Source of the DNA: an uncultured Acidobacteriaceae bacterium
GTDB lineage: Bacteria; Acidobacteriota; Terriglobia; Bryobacterales; Bryobacteraceae
Length of the DNA stretch: 64,000 bases
Assembly (NCBI GenBank): GCA_963819405.1
Contig: CAWFWH010000016.1
Location: 92,431 to 156,430, forward strand
Direction: 5' to 3'
Below the pieces are notes generated by a model, which made no database searches, had not been told where the DNA came from, and saw nothing but the letters and a program-made list of their open reading frames with translations. Positions 49,618 to 59,845 of the stretch are shown here, in pieces (the stretch's first letter is position 1; each line of letters opens with the position of its first letter). A program made the position numbers and the translations under genes.

Positions 49618-50450
49618 CGGTCGCTCGCCGAGTGCCAGAGCTTGACGAAGGCATCCTTACATCTGCGAATGGTCTCTTCGTCGCCATTCATGTGCGGCTC
49701 CAGAGAGATTGGACCTTGGTAGTGGATGCTGCGAAGAGCAGTGCAGTGCGACCGGTAGTCGATAAGACCCTCACCCGCTGGCACGAATTCCGGTCTTCCG
49801 GAACCCGGCGCGGCCGGCTTCAAATCTTTGATGTGAACGTTAGCGATAAGCGGCGCCAGGCTCTCGAAATTTTCTCTCGAGTCACGGCGTTCTTTCCAAG
49901 CGACGTTTCCAGGATCGTAGTTGATTTTCAGAGAACCGGCACCAGCTCCGCGGATCAGCGCTAAACTCGCGGACCATGTGTCGGCCCAACAGACAGGCTC
50001 TGGCTCTATGAGGAGTTGAATGCGATCAAGAAGCGCACGCTCGGCAGCTTGCCGGAGCCAGTCAACCACTTCCGATGGCGGATCTTCGCTCGAAATCAGG
50101 TCGCCATTCTCCTCTACCGCACCCGGCTTTCTGAACCCGAATATGATCAGCCCCGGCACGTGCCAGCGCTCCGCCCACTCAACGGCTCTGGGATACACTT
50201 CCTGCATCTCGTTAGCGAAAGCTGTCGCATCACTGACATTCTTGAAAAGGCCCGGTGATAATCCCGTTATCTCCACTCCCTCTTCTCTAGCCAGGCGCTC
50301 GACCTCGAGTAACTCGCTGCGATCACACAGGGGCGCTCTGCCGCTTTTGAGATTCCGAATCTCATACCGGCGTAGTCCCACCCGCGTGCCAATCCGAAGA
50401 GCGCGTGCGAAGTCCCGGTTAATTTCGTCTGCGACGATTCCCAGCTTCAA
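49602..50450 (-). CDS. Xylose-isomerase-like TIM-barrel sugar phosphate isomerase/epimerase
   Basis: KLGIVADEINRDF...EIRNL...GVEITGLSPG...LLIEPEP...NYDPGN...HIKD is the typical AP-endonuclease-2/TIM pattern. A TTG start at 50450 overlaps the upstream stop (TTGA). Confidence 0.8.
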   Translation of the reverse strand: MKLGIVADEINRDFARALRIGTRVGLRRYEIRNLKSGRAPLCDRSELLEVERLAREEGVEITGLSPGLFKNVSDATAFANEMQEVYPRAVEWAERWHVPGLIIFGFRKPGAVEENGDLISSEDPPSEVVDWLRQAAERALLDRIQLLIEPEPVCWADTWSASLALIRGAGAGSLKINYDPGNVAWKERRDSRENFESLAPLIANVHIKDLKPAAPGSGRPEFVPAGEGLIDYRSHCTALRSIHYQGPISLEPHMNGDEETIRRCKDAFVKLWHSASDRQPRR

Positions 50451-51559
50451 ATTGATGTTCCGGAACTTTCTTGGATGATTTCTACAGCACGGCCCAACTG
50501 CGCCGAATCGTAAACGGCACGTACACATCGCAGGTCGTGAACGCCGGAAGAAATGGAACAGAAGGCCGGCCTGTGATTTCGTACTGCCTCCAAAAACATT
50601 CTGTGCTGGTTGAAGGGATTGCTGGAATCGTCGAAAGCCGGAGGGAGAATCTCCATTTGCCGTTCGACGCCGTGGGTGCCGTCGAATGACGTTTCGGTGC
50701 CTCCCGCGTAATCGATTATGCGCCCTCTGAAGGCCCCTTTGGCCGAGGCCATGCTTAGAGATCGGCTATTCCGGTATTCAATTCTGCCGAGCGTCCCGTG
50801 CAGCGAGAGCTGTTCTCCATTGGTGCACCAGGCGGTGTCTATAGTCATCATCGCCCCGCTGTTCAATTGCAAGAGAGCGCATGCGAGATCTTCGCCTTCA
50901 ATTCCTGGGCTGTGCAGATTTCGTGTGAACGCACTGGCGCGCGTAGCGGTGCTCCCGGTCATCCATTCGACGAGATGGATGTAGTGAACGGCCAGTTGAA
51001 TGAAACAACCTCCACCCGTTTCCGCGAGCGAAGTCCGCCAAGTACGATTTCCTTCCAGCGCGCGAGCCGAAGTACTAATGCCGCCTTTATGCATGTAACG
51101 AGCGTAGAAATGCACTGGATCGCCCAGAAATCCTTGCAAAATCAGGTCGCGAAGATCGTGCATCAGCGGCTGATCGAAATAGCTCATGTACAGACCGATT
51201 GTTTTATCCGATCCCTCAGCCGCCCTGGCGATCGCTTCCGCATCCTCGACACTCGCGGCAACGGGTTTCTGCAGCAGGACGTGTTTCCGCGCCTCGATTG
51301 CGGCAACGGCCTGCACCCGGTGCAAGTGGTTTGGCGTGTTTATGATGACCACGTCCACATCTTTTGAGAGTGCGGCATCGAACGAAGAGGTCGCAACCGG
51401 CGCCGAAAGACGCCGTGCCGCATCGCGGGCAAAATCGAGATTTACGTCAATACAAGAAGCAACATTCACCCAGGCCAAATCCCGGTAAACGTTCAAGTAG
51501 TGGCTTGCCATCCCACCACAGCCGACAATAGCGACCTTGACTATTTCTAGTCTGCTCAT
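50447..51559 (-). CDS. Gfo/Idh/MocA-family oxidoreductase
   Basis: MSRLEIVKVAIVGCGGMASHY is a Rossmann motif, with HVLLQKPVA following. The ATG overlaps the upstream transporter stop (ATGA). Confidence 0.85.
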   Translation of the reverse strand: MSRLEIVKVAIVGCGGMASHYLNVYRDLAWVNVASCIDVNLDFARDAARRLSAPVATSSFDAALSKDVDVVIINTPNHLHRVQAVAAIEARKHVLLQKPVAASVEDAEAIARAAEGSDKTIGLYMSYFDQPLMHDLRDLILQGFLGDPVHFYARYMHKGGISTSARALEGNRTWRTSLAETGGGCFIQLAVHYIHLVEWMTGSTATRASAFTRNLHSPGIEGEDLACALLQLNSGAMMTIDTAWCTNGEQLSLHGTLGRIEYRNSRSLSMASAKGAFRGRIIDYAGGTETSFDGTHGVERQMEILPPAFDDSSNPFNQHRMFLEAVRNHRPAFCSISSGVHDLRCVRAVYDSAQLGRAVEIIQESSGTSI

Positions 51560-52617
51560 TTGCGGGCGTCCGTCAGTTTCGGCTCCATCTCGGATGCAGG
51601 TTTGCGAGTCGCATACAGCGCGACTGCCGCTGCAGCGAGGCTGAGACACGTCATCGCGATCGACTCAATTGCGTTTATCGGAAGATAGATGATCAACACG
51701 CCAATGAGCATGACTGAAGAGCCAATTGCTTTGTCCGGAATTCCGCGCTCGCGGAAAAAAAGCCAGCCGAAGAAGACCGCCAGGACAATTCCCGCTCTTT
51801 TGATACTGATGGAGATAACGACGTCGACATAGTGGTAGGACGCAAACTGCAGAAGCAGTGAAACTCCGTCCATAATCCCAGCAGCGGCGATCCAGGGCAC
51901 ATTTCCGTGCAGGGCAACACCAAACTTCTCGCGTCTCGCGAGCGTTAAGACGAAAAAAAATACGCACAAGCCTATGCCAAAAGCGAACGCTTGCGTATAG
52001 ACGTCGCTAATAAGGACTAGTTTTTTCTCGAGCGGGTTGGTGATAGAGAAGATGAACGCCACGATCAGCATATAGCGGCTTCCTTTCTCCTGGACAACGG
52101 CTTTAAAAGGCGCCGACCAGCCTACCGTAAACAGCCGCCGGTGGATCAACACCGATCCCACTACCACCAAGACCACTCCGAGTAACTTCGCAGCCGGAGG
52201 CAATTCCCCCAGCATCACGAATCCCGTAGGAATCAGGAATATCGGTGTAAACGCAAGAAATGGGATGCACAAGGATAGAGGCGATACCTGTAGAGCACGA
52301 AAATAAAGCACGTTGGCAATGGACACCAGCAGAACGTCAACCAGCAGATAGATCGAATAGGTAAGAACAGGCGAAAGATGAATATCGGAAACACCAAATA
52401 ACGGGCCGCCCTCCCGAAAAACGACCTGAGCTCCCGTGCCGAGGCGCGCGATGACAACCAACCCAAAGACAATTGCAGCCGAGACCTGGCACCAAAACGT
52501 CGTGGGGATTAATGAATGCTTTTGGAGTGCTTTCTTGCGAGCGACATCGGTGAAAATATTGGTCGCCGACATCAGTCCCGCGATGAGCAATCCGACAGCG
52601 GAGAACGACATAACCAA
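51556..52617 (-). CDS. DMT-superfamily (EamA-like) membrane transporter
   Basis: 353 aa with about 10 hydrophobic helices. It is the first gene downstream of the TonB receptor in the same orientation. Confidence 0.75.
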   Translation of the reverse strand: MVMSFSAVGLLIAGLMSATNIFTDVARKKALQKHSLIPTTFWCQVSAAIVFGLVVIARLGTGAQVVFREGGPLFGVSDIHLSPVLTYSIYLLVDVLLVSIANVLYFRALQVSPLSLCIPFLAFTPIFLIPTGFVMLGELPPAAKLLGVVLVVVGSVLIHRRLFTVGWSAPFKAVVQEKGSRYMLIVAFIFSITNPLEKKLVLISDVYTQAFAFGIGLCVFFFVLTLARREKFGVALHGNVPWIAAAGIMDGVSLLLQFASYHYVDVVISISIKRAGIVLAVFFGWLFFRERGIPDKAIGSSVMLIGVLIIYLPINAIESIAMTCLSLAAAAVALYATRKPASEMEPKLTDARK

Positions 52618-52683
52618 GCCCTCCTTAGCATAGGAGATATGGCTAGACGAACGGAGCTAAATTCGAACCTGTTCCGGGCCGCG

Positions 52684-55600
52684 CTAAAACGAAATCCGGG
52701 AACTGAACTGCAGTTTGCGGGGTTGATTGGCCATGGATGAAAAAACGCCAAAGCTAGCCGAATCGATCGCTGTTCCCGGAGCGGCGAAATGAACCGCGTT
52801 ATTGATATTAAACGCATCCGCCTGAAATGCCAGTCTCACTCGCTCGGTAACTGCGAATTCCCGGCGTACACTCAGATCGAAATCCGCAGTGTGGGGAGCA
52901 AAGAGGTTATATGGCGCAGACCGAGCAACGTTGCCTACCGTGTAATTCGCGGGATCTACAAAGGCCGCTTTGTTGATGTAAGCCGTGGTACCGACGTTCG
53001 CACCTCCGCTTCCGATGGAGCCGTTCTGCCAGACACTTCCGGAAAAATTGGGGTTGTAGTTCGGGTAGCAGCTCGCGTCGATAACGCCACCGCCGACACA
53101 GGTGCCTGTGATGGTCAAAGGAGCTCCGCTTGTGAACGTGAAAATCCCAGAGAACTGCCAATGGCTGATGAGCGAGCTGACAAACCTATTCGAACTGTTC
53201 CAGTTGTGACCGGCGCCGATGGGTGGTTGATAGACGAATGTAGCGGCGGCGACGTTCGGGTGATCAATCGTACCCGGAGCTTTTTCCAGGAAATCCTTGT
53301 TTGGATCACGCACGCCGGCTAAGTCGTCCAGCTCCTTGCTGTAGGTGTAATTGATCATGAAGGTGAGGCCGTGCGATAGCCGGCGATTGAGTGAGACTTG
53401 CAGCGAGTTGTAGGTTGAATTTCCCACGTCCAGCCACGGATCTGAGATGCTGCTGTATTGCGGGAACGGCTTCAGCGCTTGACCAATGGTCCCAGTGAAA
53501 TTGGGGAAGGGAACCCTAATATTGGGAAATATTGCCTGCGCTTGCGCGAGAGTTGCCGGAGTCAAAGTTTGTGTAAGCAGAGATCCCAGCGGAAGATATT
53601 GCTCTGGAATCTGATCTGTGAACGGGCCGGCCACACCGGCGCCAGGCAGCCAGTGCCCGGCGCTCGCGCTGTAAGCGACGCTCAATAACAAGTTGGGAGT
53701 CAACGAACGCTGGATGTCGAAGCTCCAATCCTCGTAATAAGGCGCCTTGCCGCCGTAATTGGGATCGCCGTAGACTACGGTCTGGGCTGTGCCCGGTCCG
53801 GCGCCGATGGATGCGCCTGCAGCGGCGGTAATGAAACCGATGCCATAGCTGGGGTTGAAGAACGGCGGCGGAAGCGGGTTCGCGGGAAATCCGTTGTTCC
53901 AATAAAACGCGGGCTGTCCAGTCACGGTGCTGCTGAAGCTATTCCCTGAGGTGTAACCAATCTGGCTCAGGCCCTGGCGTCCGTTTGTGCGTCCGCCCAC
54001 GCCACCGGCGTGCGCGTAGAAGATGCCGTACCCGGCTCTAATCACGGTCTTGTCGTTGACCCGGTAAGCGACACCGATGCGAGGCGCGAGATTCAGATTA
54101 TGCTGCTTGACCGGGGTCGAGCAACCGCAACTGTCGGCGCCGTTGCCCGCGAATTGCAGAGCGCCCGGAATGCCACCCGCCAGTGGATTGGCCAGTGTGG
54201 GATTAAAAAAGGACATGACGTTATTGACTTCGCTAAACGGACTCCAGATATTCTCCCGAAGACCCAAGTTCAACGTCAGGCGCGAATTGACTTTGTAGTC
54301 GTCCTGCGCATAGAAAGCGTAGGTCTTATAACGGCCGCCGGTTTCGGTCACCGCATACTGAGGTGCGCTGGCGCCGTCCACCGCACCTAACAGAAAACTG
54401 GCGTAGCTGAGCCCGGTGGTACTCATGAGCGTTCCGGTGGGGCTGAACTGCGCAGTTTCATTGTTGCTGAAGGTGAAGCCGGCGGTTTGCGGGAAGGTTT
54501 CGTTGTCTTGGAGAGCCTGAAACTGGAAGCCCAACGTAAGGCTGTGCTTGCCTTTGACCCACAGTACGTTGTTCTGGAGATCAAAGGTGTTCTGGGCTTC
54601 GTTAAAGACGTGGGAGTTGGTACCCAACCAAGAGACGGGCGAGTTATTGCCGTTGAAAGTCATGTCCGGGAACGCCGTGCTTCCCAGTCCCGGCGGAAGG
54701 CCGGTAAGACCCGCCTTACTGGGATAGTCGCCGCTTGCCGAATCGCTTCCGAGCGGTATCCATAACCTGCTGTAGGAAACACTGAACTCATTCACGATGC
54801 TCGGCGAGAAGGTATAGGTGTCGTGAATCTGTCCAACCGTGGAGGTCTCCGCCACGACGCGGCCGTCGGTATATGGCGGCGGCAGAGTGGACGTGCTGAT
54901 CGGCGTGAGGCTACCGGTAAAATTCGTCGAATACTTGCCCTCGCTGATCAGGGCAAACAAGCGGTTCTTCTCCGTGATGTTGTAGTCCACCTTATCGGTC
55001 GTATTATTGTTGTTCACCAGGATCGGCAGGCTCGCCAGGTAATTGTTTTGGATGTTGCCGTTGGTGGGAGCGGGTAGATAGGACTGGAACGATTGCGAAA
55101 TCGGCGAGATGCGGTTTGCTGGAATCGTATTGTTCGGAAATGGCGTCCGCACGTGGCTGCCGGTAGCGCTGGTGGGGTCGTAAATGATCTGGGGGAAGGC
55201 GCTGAAATTGCCGGTTCGTTCGGCAGCGGTCGGTATGCTCTGGTATCCGGGGGGCGATGCGGAATCATAGCGATAACCATCGTAACTGCCAAAGAAGAAT
55301 ATCTTGTTCTTCTTGATGGGGCCGCCGATAGTGCCGCCGAATTCGTTCTGGTGCTCAATGGGAGTAGTGGCCGCAAAGAAGCCGCGGGCATCAAAATCGG
55401 TGTTGCGAAAATACTCGAAAACGCCGCCATGGAACTGATTGGTTCCCGATTTGAAGACGTAATTCTCTACGCCCTGCCCTTCGTACATAGCCTTGGCCCC
55501 GGACGTTTCGACCTGGAATTGATCTACCGCCTCCACCGAAACGCCGAACGCCAGATTGCGGGTATCGGCCTCTGTCCCGGCGCTGGTCAAAGGAAGGCCC

Positions 55601-56173
55601 TCAATGTAGACCTCGTTCTGATAGGTCTGGCCGCCGTTGAAGGATCCCGTCGAAGGACCGGCGGCCTGCGTGCTGTAATTATCAACTCCCACGGCCAGAC
55701 CGGCGAAGGCGGTAGGGTCGCGCGCAGAGCCGTTCATGGCCAGCGGAAGCGAATCATAAACCTGATTCTCCATCGAGGAGCCCAACGAGACATCGTCCGT
55801 TTTCAGGATGGTGGGTTCGGACTTGGACGATGACGGATTGGGTGGCCGCGCCGATCTGCAGTTTGGGATTCACCGCGACGGTTGCGAGCGCGTCGACGAC
55901 GACATGTTGCTGCTTAAGCGTTTGAAAGCCGACTGCCGTGACAGTTACGGTATACTCCCCGGGCGGAAGTGTAGGGATGGCAAAAACACCCGAGTTGGTG
56001 GTCTTGACAGGGGTGTCAACTCCCGTTGCGACATTGGTTGCCGTCACAGAAGCGCCAGGCACGATCGCTCCGGAGGGATCGGTGACGATCCCTTCAATTG
56101 AACCGGTGCCGGCGACCTGGGCAAATGCCGAACCCGCGGTTAGGAACAGCACAAAGACAGCGACGTGGCGCAT
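52684..56173 (-). pseudogene. TonB-dependent outer-membrane receptor with N-terminal carboxypeptidase-regulatory-like domain, one frame break near 55780
   Basis: MRHVAVFVLFLTAGSAFAQVAGTGSIEGIVTDPSGAIVPGASVTATNVATG...YTVTVTAVGFQ is in frame 55754-56287. The plug and barrel are in frame 52684-55785, ending ...RKLQFSSRISF with a C-terminal Phe. Confidence 0.8.
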
Positions 56174-56556
56174 TAGAAACACCCCTATCTGTCTAGGGAT
56201 GCGACGCAGCGAAGCAAAAATAAATGTATCCCTGAGACGCGCCACAGTATATCGCAATACCCGTGTCGTTACAACATAGATGCACACTTGGCCTAGCCGT
56301 TTTACATTGCGAAACCCAAGATCGCACCAGCAGTTATGTTTTGAAAATCAGAATCGAAGAGTGCGCCTGTTGAAGATGCCTTTATCTGTTCACGAGTTCC
56401 CTTGCTAACAGTTCAGCGGTGACCCGCTCTCGAATGATACGCGTTACGAATTCGCAGTTCGAAATCAGGGGTGTTGGGCAGCGCGTTAGGCGGGGGTTCG
56501 TCGAGCAGCACATACTCTTCTGAGCGAGAAAGGCGCTTTGCTCTCTTGCATAAAAC

Positions 56557-56686
56557 ACTTCGTATGGTGGAGGCGGCGGGAGTTGGGCCGGTCGGGGTAT
56601 TGAGAACAGGCAAGGTATTGATTCTCGATTCTGTCTATATCGATGATTCCGCTCATTCCGCCGATCCAACTTACCTAAAAAGTACG
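56557..56686. repeat. Copy A of an unexplained conserved ~125-130 bp element (partner at 63330-63454)
   Basis: Shared blocks include GGAGGCGGCGGGAGTTGGGCCGG, TCGGGGT.TTGAGAA, GATTCCGCTCATTCCGC.GATCCA and TTAC.TAAAA. The reverse strand of copy A ends CCCAACTCCCGCCGCCTCCACCA, resembling a tRNA/tmRNA 3' end. Confidence 0.7.
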
Positions 56687-57146
56687 CGGGCGCGCCTCCC
56701 GTAACGTCTGGACCCGGAGTTGCAGCTGTAATAGGTAGCACACGTTCGAATCTCCTAGTTCAGATCACCTATTCCCAAGGCTCTCGGGCAATATGCGCCG
56801 ATGAAAGCATGGCGCACTCCACATAGATAAATCGTGGCAACGTGGCTGGCAGGGTACCGAACTTCAGCGGCAGGCGGCCGGACGGGATACCTGCTCCGCA
56901 TGATTTCACGTTTCGGCGGTAGCTTTATTACCGACTTGACTTGGTGAACGTGAACGATAAAGGAGGCTATCATTCGCGTGAGACAACACCCAACAGAAGA
57001 GATGCCGCAGTACACTGGTTCCTAAATCCGAAACGAAATCCCCAGGGCCGAAACCGCTTCCGCACGCCAGCGCAGATGCGCAAGGAGCACAGCGACGTGC
57101 TCAAAGGTAGTGTGCCGGACGTTTCCGAGATCCTTTCCGAAGTCAT

Positions 57147-58814
57147 TTAGATGTTCGGAAGCAGATCGAAGTATTCGTCATCTTCGTTCTTGCCGCCCTC
57201 GCCGAGGCCGACGGTCTTCTCCGATTCGATGAATTCGATCCGCTCGATCCACTTGACCATTTTGTAGCCAAGCTGGTTTTCAACCCGCAGCCGCAGTGGA
57301 GCTCCATAGACCTCGGTCAGTGGCTTGCCATTCATCTCTGAAGCAAGCAGGCATTCTGCCTGGAGTACATTTTCGAGGCTTTGGGTGTCGTAATACATAT
57401 CGCCAAAGAGCGAACCGCCAAACGAGAAGAACGCGACAACCTTGGCATTCGGCCTCGGCCGGACGAGTTCGACGAGAGACTTCATGGGAAGTCCTCCCCA
57501 TTTGGCAATGCCCGTCCAGCCCTGAATGCAGTGATGCATCGTAATCTCCTCGGCCTTCCCCAGCCGCCCGATATCTTCGAGAGAAAGCTCGACCGGATTG
57601 TCAACCAGACCGCCGACCTTCAGCTTGAATTCCTGGAATCCTCCCTTGGCCAGTTGCTTCCAATCCTCGCGCACCGGCATTTTGCCGTTGGGCCAGAATC
57701 GGAACGAAATGTCCTTCTCGGTGTAGTGCTGACTCGGTGTAAGCCGGTTCAGCGTCGCCAATAGCAAAGGGTAGGTGATGAATTTCTGTACGTGCTGCAA
57801 GACACGAGGAAAGAACCATGAGACGTAATGCGCCGCGACCCACGAAAGGACGACTACGCCGATGCCGACGAAGCCCAGAATCATTCCTATGTGATTCTGA
57901 TTGTCGGTGCCCATGACGATGTGGTTCATGTTGCGAACAAAGCCCGTCATCGCGACCAGCGTCACGTGCACCACGATGAACATCAAGAAGCTGAGCATGG
58001 TTAAAAAGTGAATGGAACGTCCCGATTGCCTGCCGCCGAAGAGCTTCGCATAGTGGGGGAAGCGATTCACCACAGCCGGTGACATCGCGATACCGGATAG
58101 GATGGCCAGGGGCCCGAAGACAAAGACGACGGCAAAATAGGCGATCTGCTGCAGTGCGTTATAGCCATAAAATCCGTTAGGTTCAGGCGGCAAGTGAAGG
58201 GTTGCGTAGTGGACCCAGGTATTCCACGCCTGCAGCAGCACGAGTGTGGACTGTGGAACGAGGCGCCGCCACTGCTCCGTATCGAACAGCATAAATACAA
58301 AGAAAACACCCGTGATGATGAACCCATAGACGTTGAGAAAGTGCCACGAGCGGGCAACGCCGACGGTGTGCCGGTAGCCTGGTGTGGCGACTATGGGCGA
58401 GATGTAGCGAGCATCGTCCTTCGCAGTCCAGACCCGATCGTTCGGAACGTGGATCGGCGTGAACCGGATCCACTCGCTGCCCGGTGTGCAGTCGTTGTTG
58501 AAGTACAGGCGAGGGTGATCGACCAGAATCGATAGACCGCTCCGAATCAGCATCATCACAAAAAGAAAGTTGAAAAAATGGCAGTAGCGCACCCATAGCG
58601 GAAACCCGTGTGGACCGGCAAAGTTGTTAGGATCGATCTGCGGGACAGGCGGAATGTAAGGAAGACCGGCAACAAGAAATTCAATCCATGCCGCAAGTAG
58701 CGGCAGCAGCGCGAGCAGGGCGGCAGCGATCAGGAACGAGGGCCGAATCCAGATGCGAAACCGGCGATCCGGGGGATAGTGCACCGCAGCATGTGCTGCA
58801 TCGAACGAAATCAT
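57147..58814 (-). CDS. Fusion protein: N-terminal cytochrome b-type membrane domain + C-terminal molybdopterin-dependent oxidoreductase (MsrP/YedY/sulfite-oxidase fold)
   Basis: The N-terminal half is polytopic with conserved His residues (YCHFFNF, SWHFLNV, HYATLH, IHFLTM, VVHVTL). The C-terminal half reads EITMHHCIQGWTGIAKWGGLPMKSLVELV and GAPLRLRVENQLGYKMVKWI, typical of Moco-binding domains. Confidence 0.8.
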   Translation of the reverse strand: MISFDAAHAAVHYPPDRRFRIWIRPSFLIAAALLALLPLLAAWIEFLVAGLPYIPPVPQIDPNNFAGPHGFPLWVRYCHFFNFLFVMMLIRSGLSILVDHPRLYFNNDCTPGSEWIRFTPIHVPNDRVWTAKDDARYISPIVATPGYRHTVGVARSWHFLNVYGFIITGVFFVFMLFDTEQWRRLVPQSTLVLLQAWNTWVHYATLHLPPEPNGFYGYNALQQIAYFAVVFVFGPLAILSGIAMSPAVVNRFPHYAKLFGGRQSGRSIHFLTMLSFLMFIVVHVTLVAMTGFVRNMNHIVMGTDNQNHIGMILGFVGIGVVVLSWVAAHYVSWFFPRVLQHVQKFITYPLLLATLNRLTPSQHYTEKDISFRFWPNGKMPVREDWKQLAKGGFQEFKLKVGGLVDNPVELSLEDIGRLGKAEEITMHHCIQGWTGIAKWGGLPMKSLVELVRPRPNAKVVAFFSFGGSLFGDMYYDTQSLENVLQAECLLASEMNGKPLTEVYGAPLRLRVENQLGYKMVKWIERIEFIESEKTVGLGEGGKNEDDEYFDLLPNI

Positions 58815-58862
58815 TGCGCGTCTCCAGGGCTATCTTCACGGTCTCACGGCGGGCTCGCCGGT

Positions 58863-59801
58863 TCACAGCGCCAGTGAACTTAGTACCGCGCGCTGCGGTG
58901 CTGCGATCGTCGGCTCAATGCGATGAAAGCGCAAGTTCCAGTGGCCTATCCAGCCTAGATGACCTCGTGAGTTCGGGCCACCAAACTTTGTACTAAGCAC
59001 CCCGCCCGCTGTCACGAGGACGACTCCCAGAAGAGATAGCAGCGTAGGCTCGTTTTTCCATACGAACCACCCAATCAATCCCGAGAAAACGACCACGCTG
59101 TAATTGAAGGGCGCGATGCTCGCTGCCGTGGCATGTTGGTACGCAAGGATAATCAACAACTGCGCTGCCGCCATCAGGATTCCGATACCTGCCAAATAGA
59201 GCCATTCCTTTAAACTGGGGGCTTTCCAGAACAGCAAAGCAAAGGGAGCGGTAGCGACCGAAGAGATCAGAAAATAATAGAAGAGGATGCGCTTAACGGG
59301 CTCGTCTCGCGATAGTTGATTGACGGCCACAAGCGCAAAGGCCGAGAAAAGTGCCGCACTGATAGCGATGAGAGCGGTAGGATTGGCGAACATCTCTACG
59401 CCGGGTCTTAAGATCAGCAAGATCCCGAAGAAACCAATGAAGAGGCTTGCCCAGACAACCATGTCCACCTTTTCTTTCAACCACACCCAGGCAATCAGAG
59501 GAATAAAGAGCGGCGCAGAGTTGGTCAGCAGGACGGCGTTCATCAACGGCATTTTCTTCACAGCCGCAAACATGAGCGCCTGCGAAAGGAGCCCTGCAAG
59601 ACCCCGCAGGATGTGGAGCCAAATACGCTTCGTTTTCAGCGGGGAAAAACCACGACTCACTGCCCATGGAGCAAACAGCAGAAGTGCGATCGCATTCTGA
59701 AAGAAGACCAACGTGCTGGTGGCGATGCCTGTTGCCGCCTTAGCGAACGCGCTCATGACAGCGACACATAAGAAAGCAAGCACGATCAGCAGGACGCCCA
59801 T
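58863..59801 (-). CDS. DMT/EamA-family transporter
   Basis: ATG at 59801 (MGVLLIVLAFLCVAVMSAF). It has ten hydrophobic segments in two EamA-like halves. The longer ORF reaching 60119 runs antisense into the glycosylase gene and was rejected. Confidence 0.8.
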   Translation of the reverse strand: MGVLLIVLAFLCVAVMSAFAKAATGIATSTLVFFQNAIALLLFAPWAVSRGFSPLKTKRIWLHILRGLAGLLSQALMFAAVKKMPLMNAVLLTNSAPLFIPLIAWVWLKEKVDMVVWASLFIGFFGILLILRPGVEMFANPTALIAISAALFSAFALVAVNQLSRDEPVKRILFYYFLISSVATAPFALLFWKAPSLKEWLYLAGIGILMAAAQLLIILAYQHATAASIAPFNYSVVVFSGLIGWFVWKNEPTLLSLLGVVLVTAGGVLSTKFGGPNSRGHLGWIGHWNLRFHRIEPTIAAPQRAVLSSLAL

Positions 59802-59845
59802 TGTCACGGAGGGTTTCGGACTGATGACTCGTGGTGGAACGTCAG

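Noticed and set aside
56730-56765. tRNA-like T-loop sequence (ACGTTCGAATCTCC)
   Set aside because: The flanking bases cannot form a T-stem (ACACG versus CTCCT). No acceptor, anticodon or D-arm can be drawn on either strand.
56382-57146. ORFs 56382-56741(-), 56471-56704(+), 56755-57015(-) and 56941-57150(+) in the gap between the TonB receptor and the Moco oxidoreductase
   Set aside because: No family signatures or ribosome-binding sites, and the ORFs overlap one another. Part of the region is the conserved repeat element. A faint LLDEP-like stretch in one frame was not enough to call an ABC-ATPase remnant.
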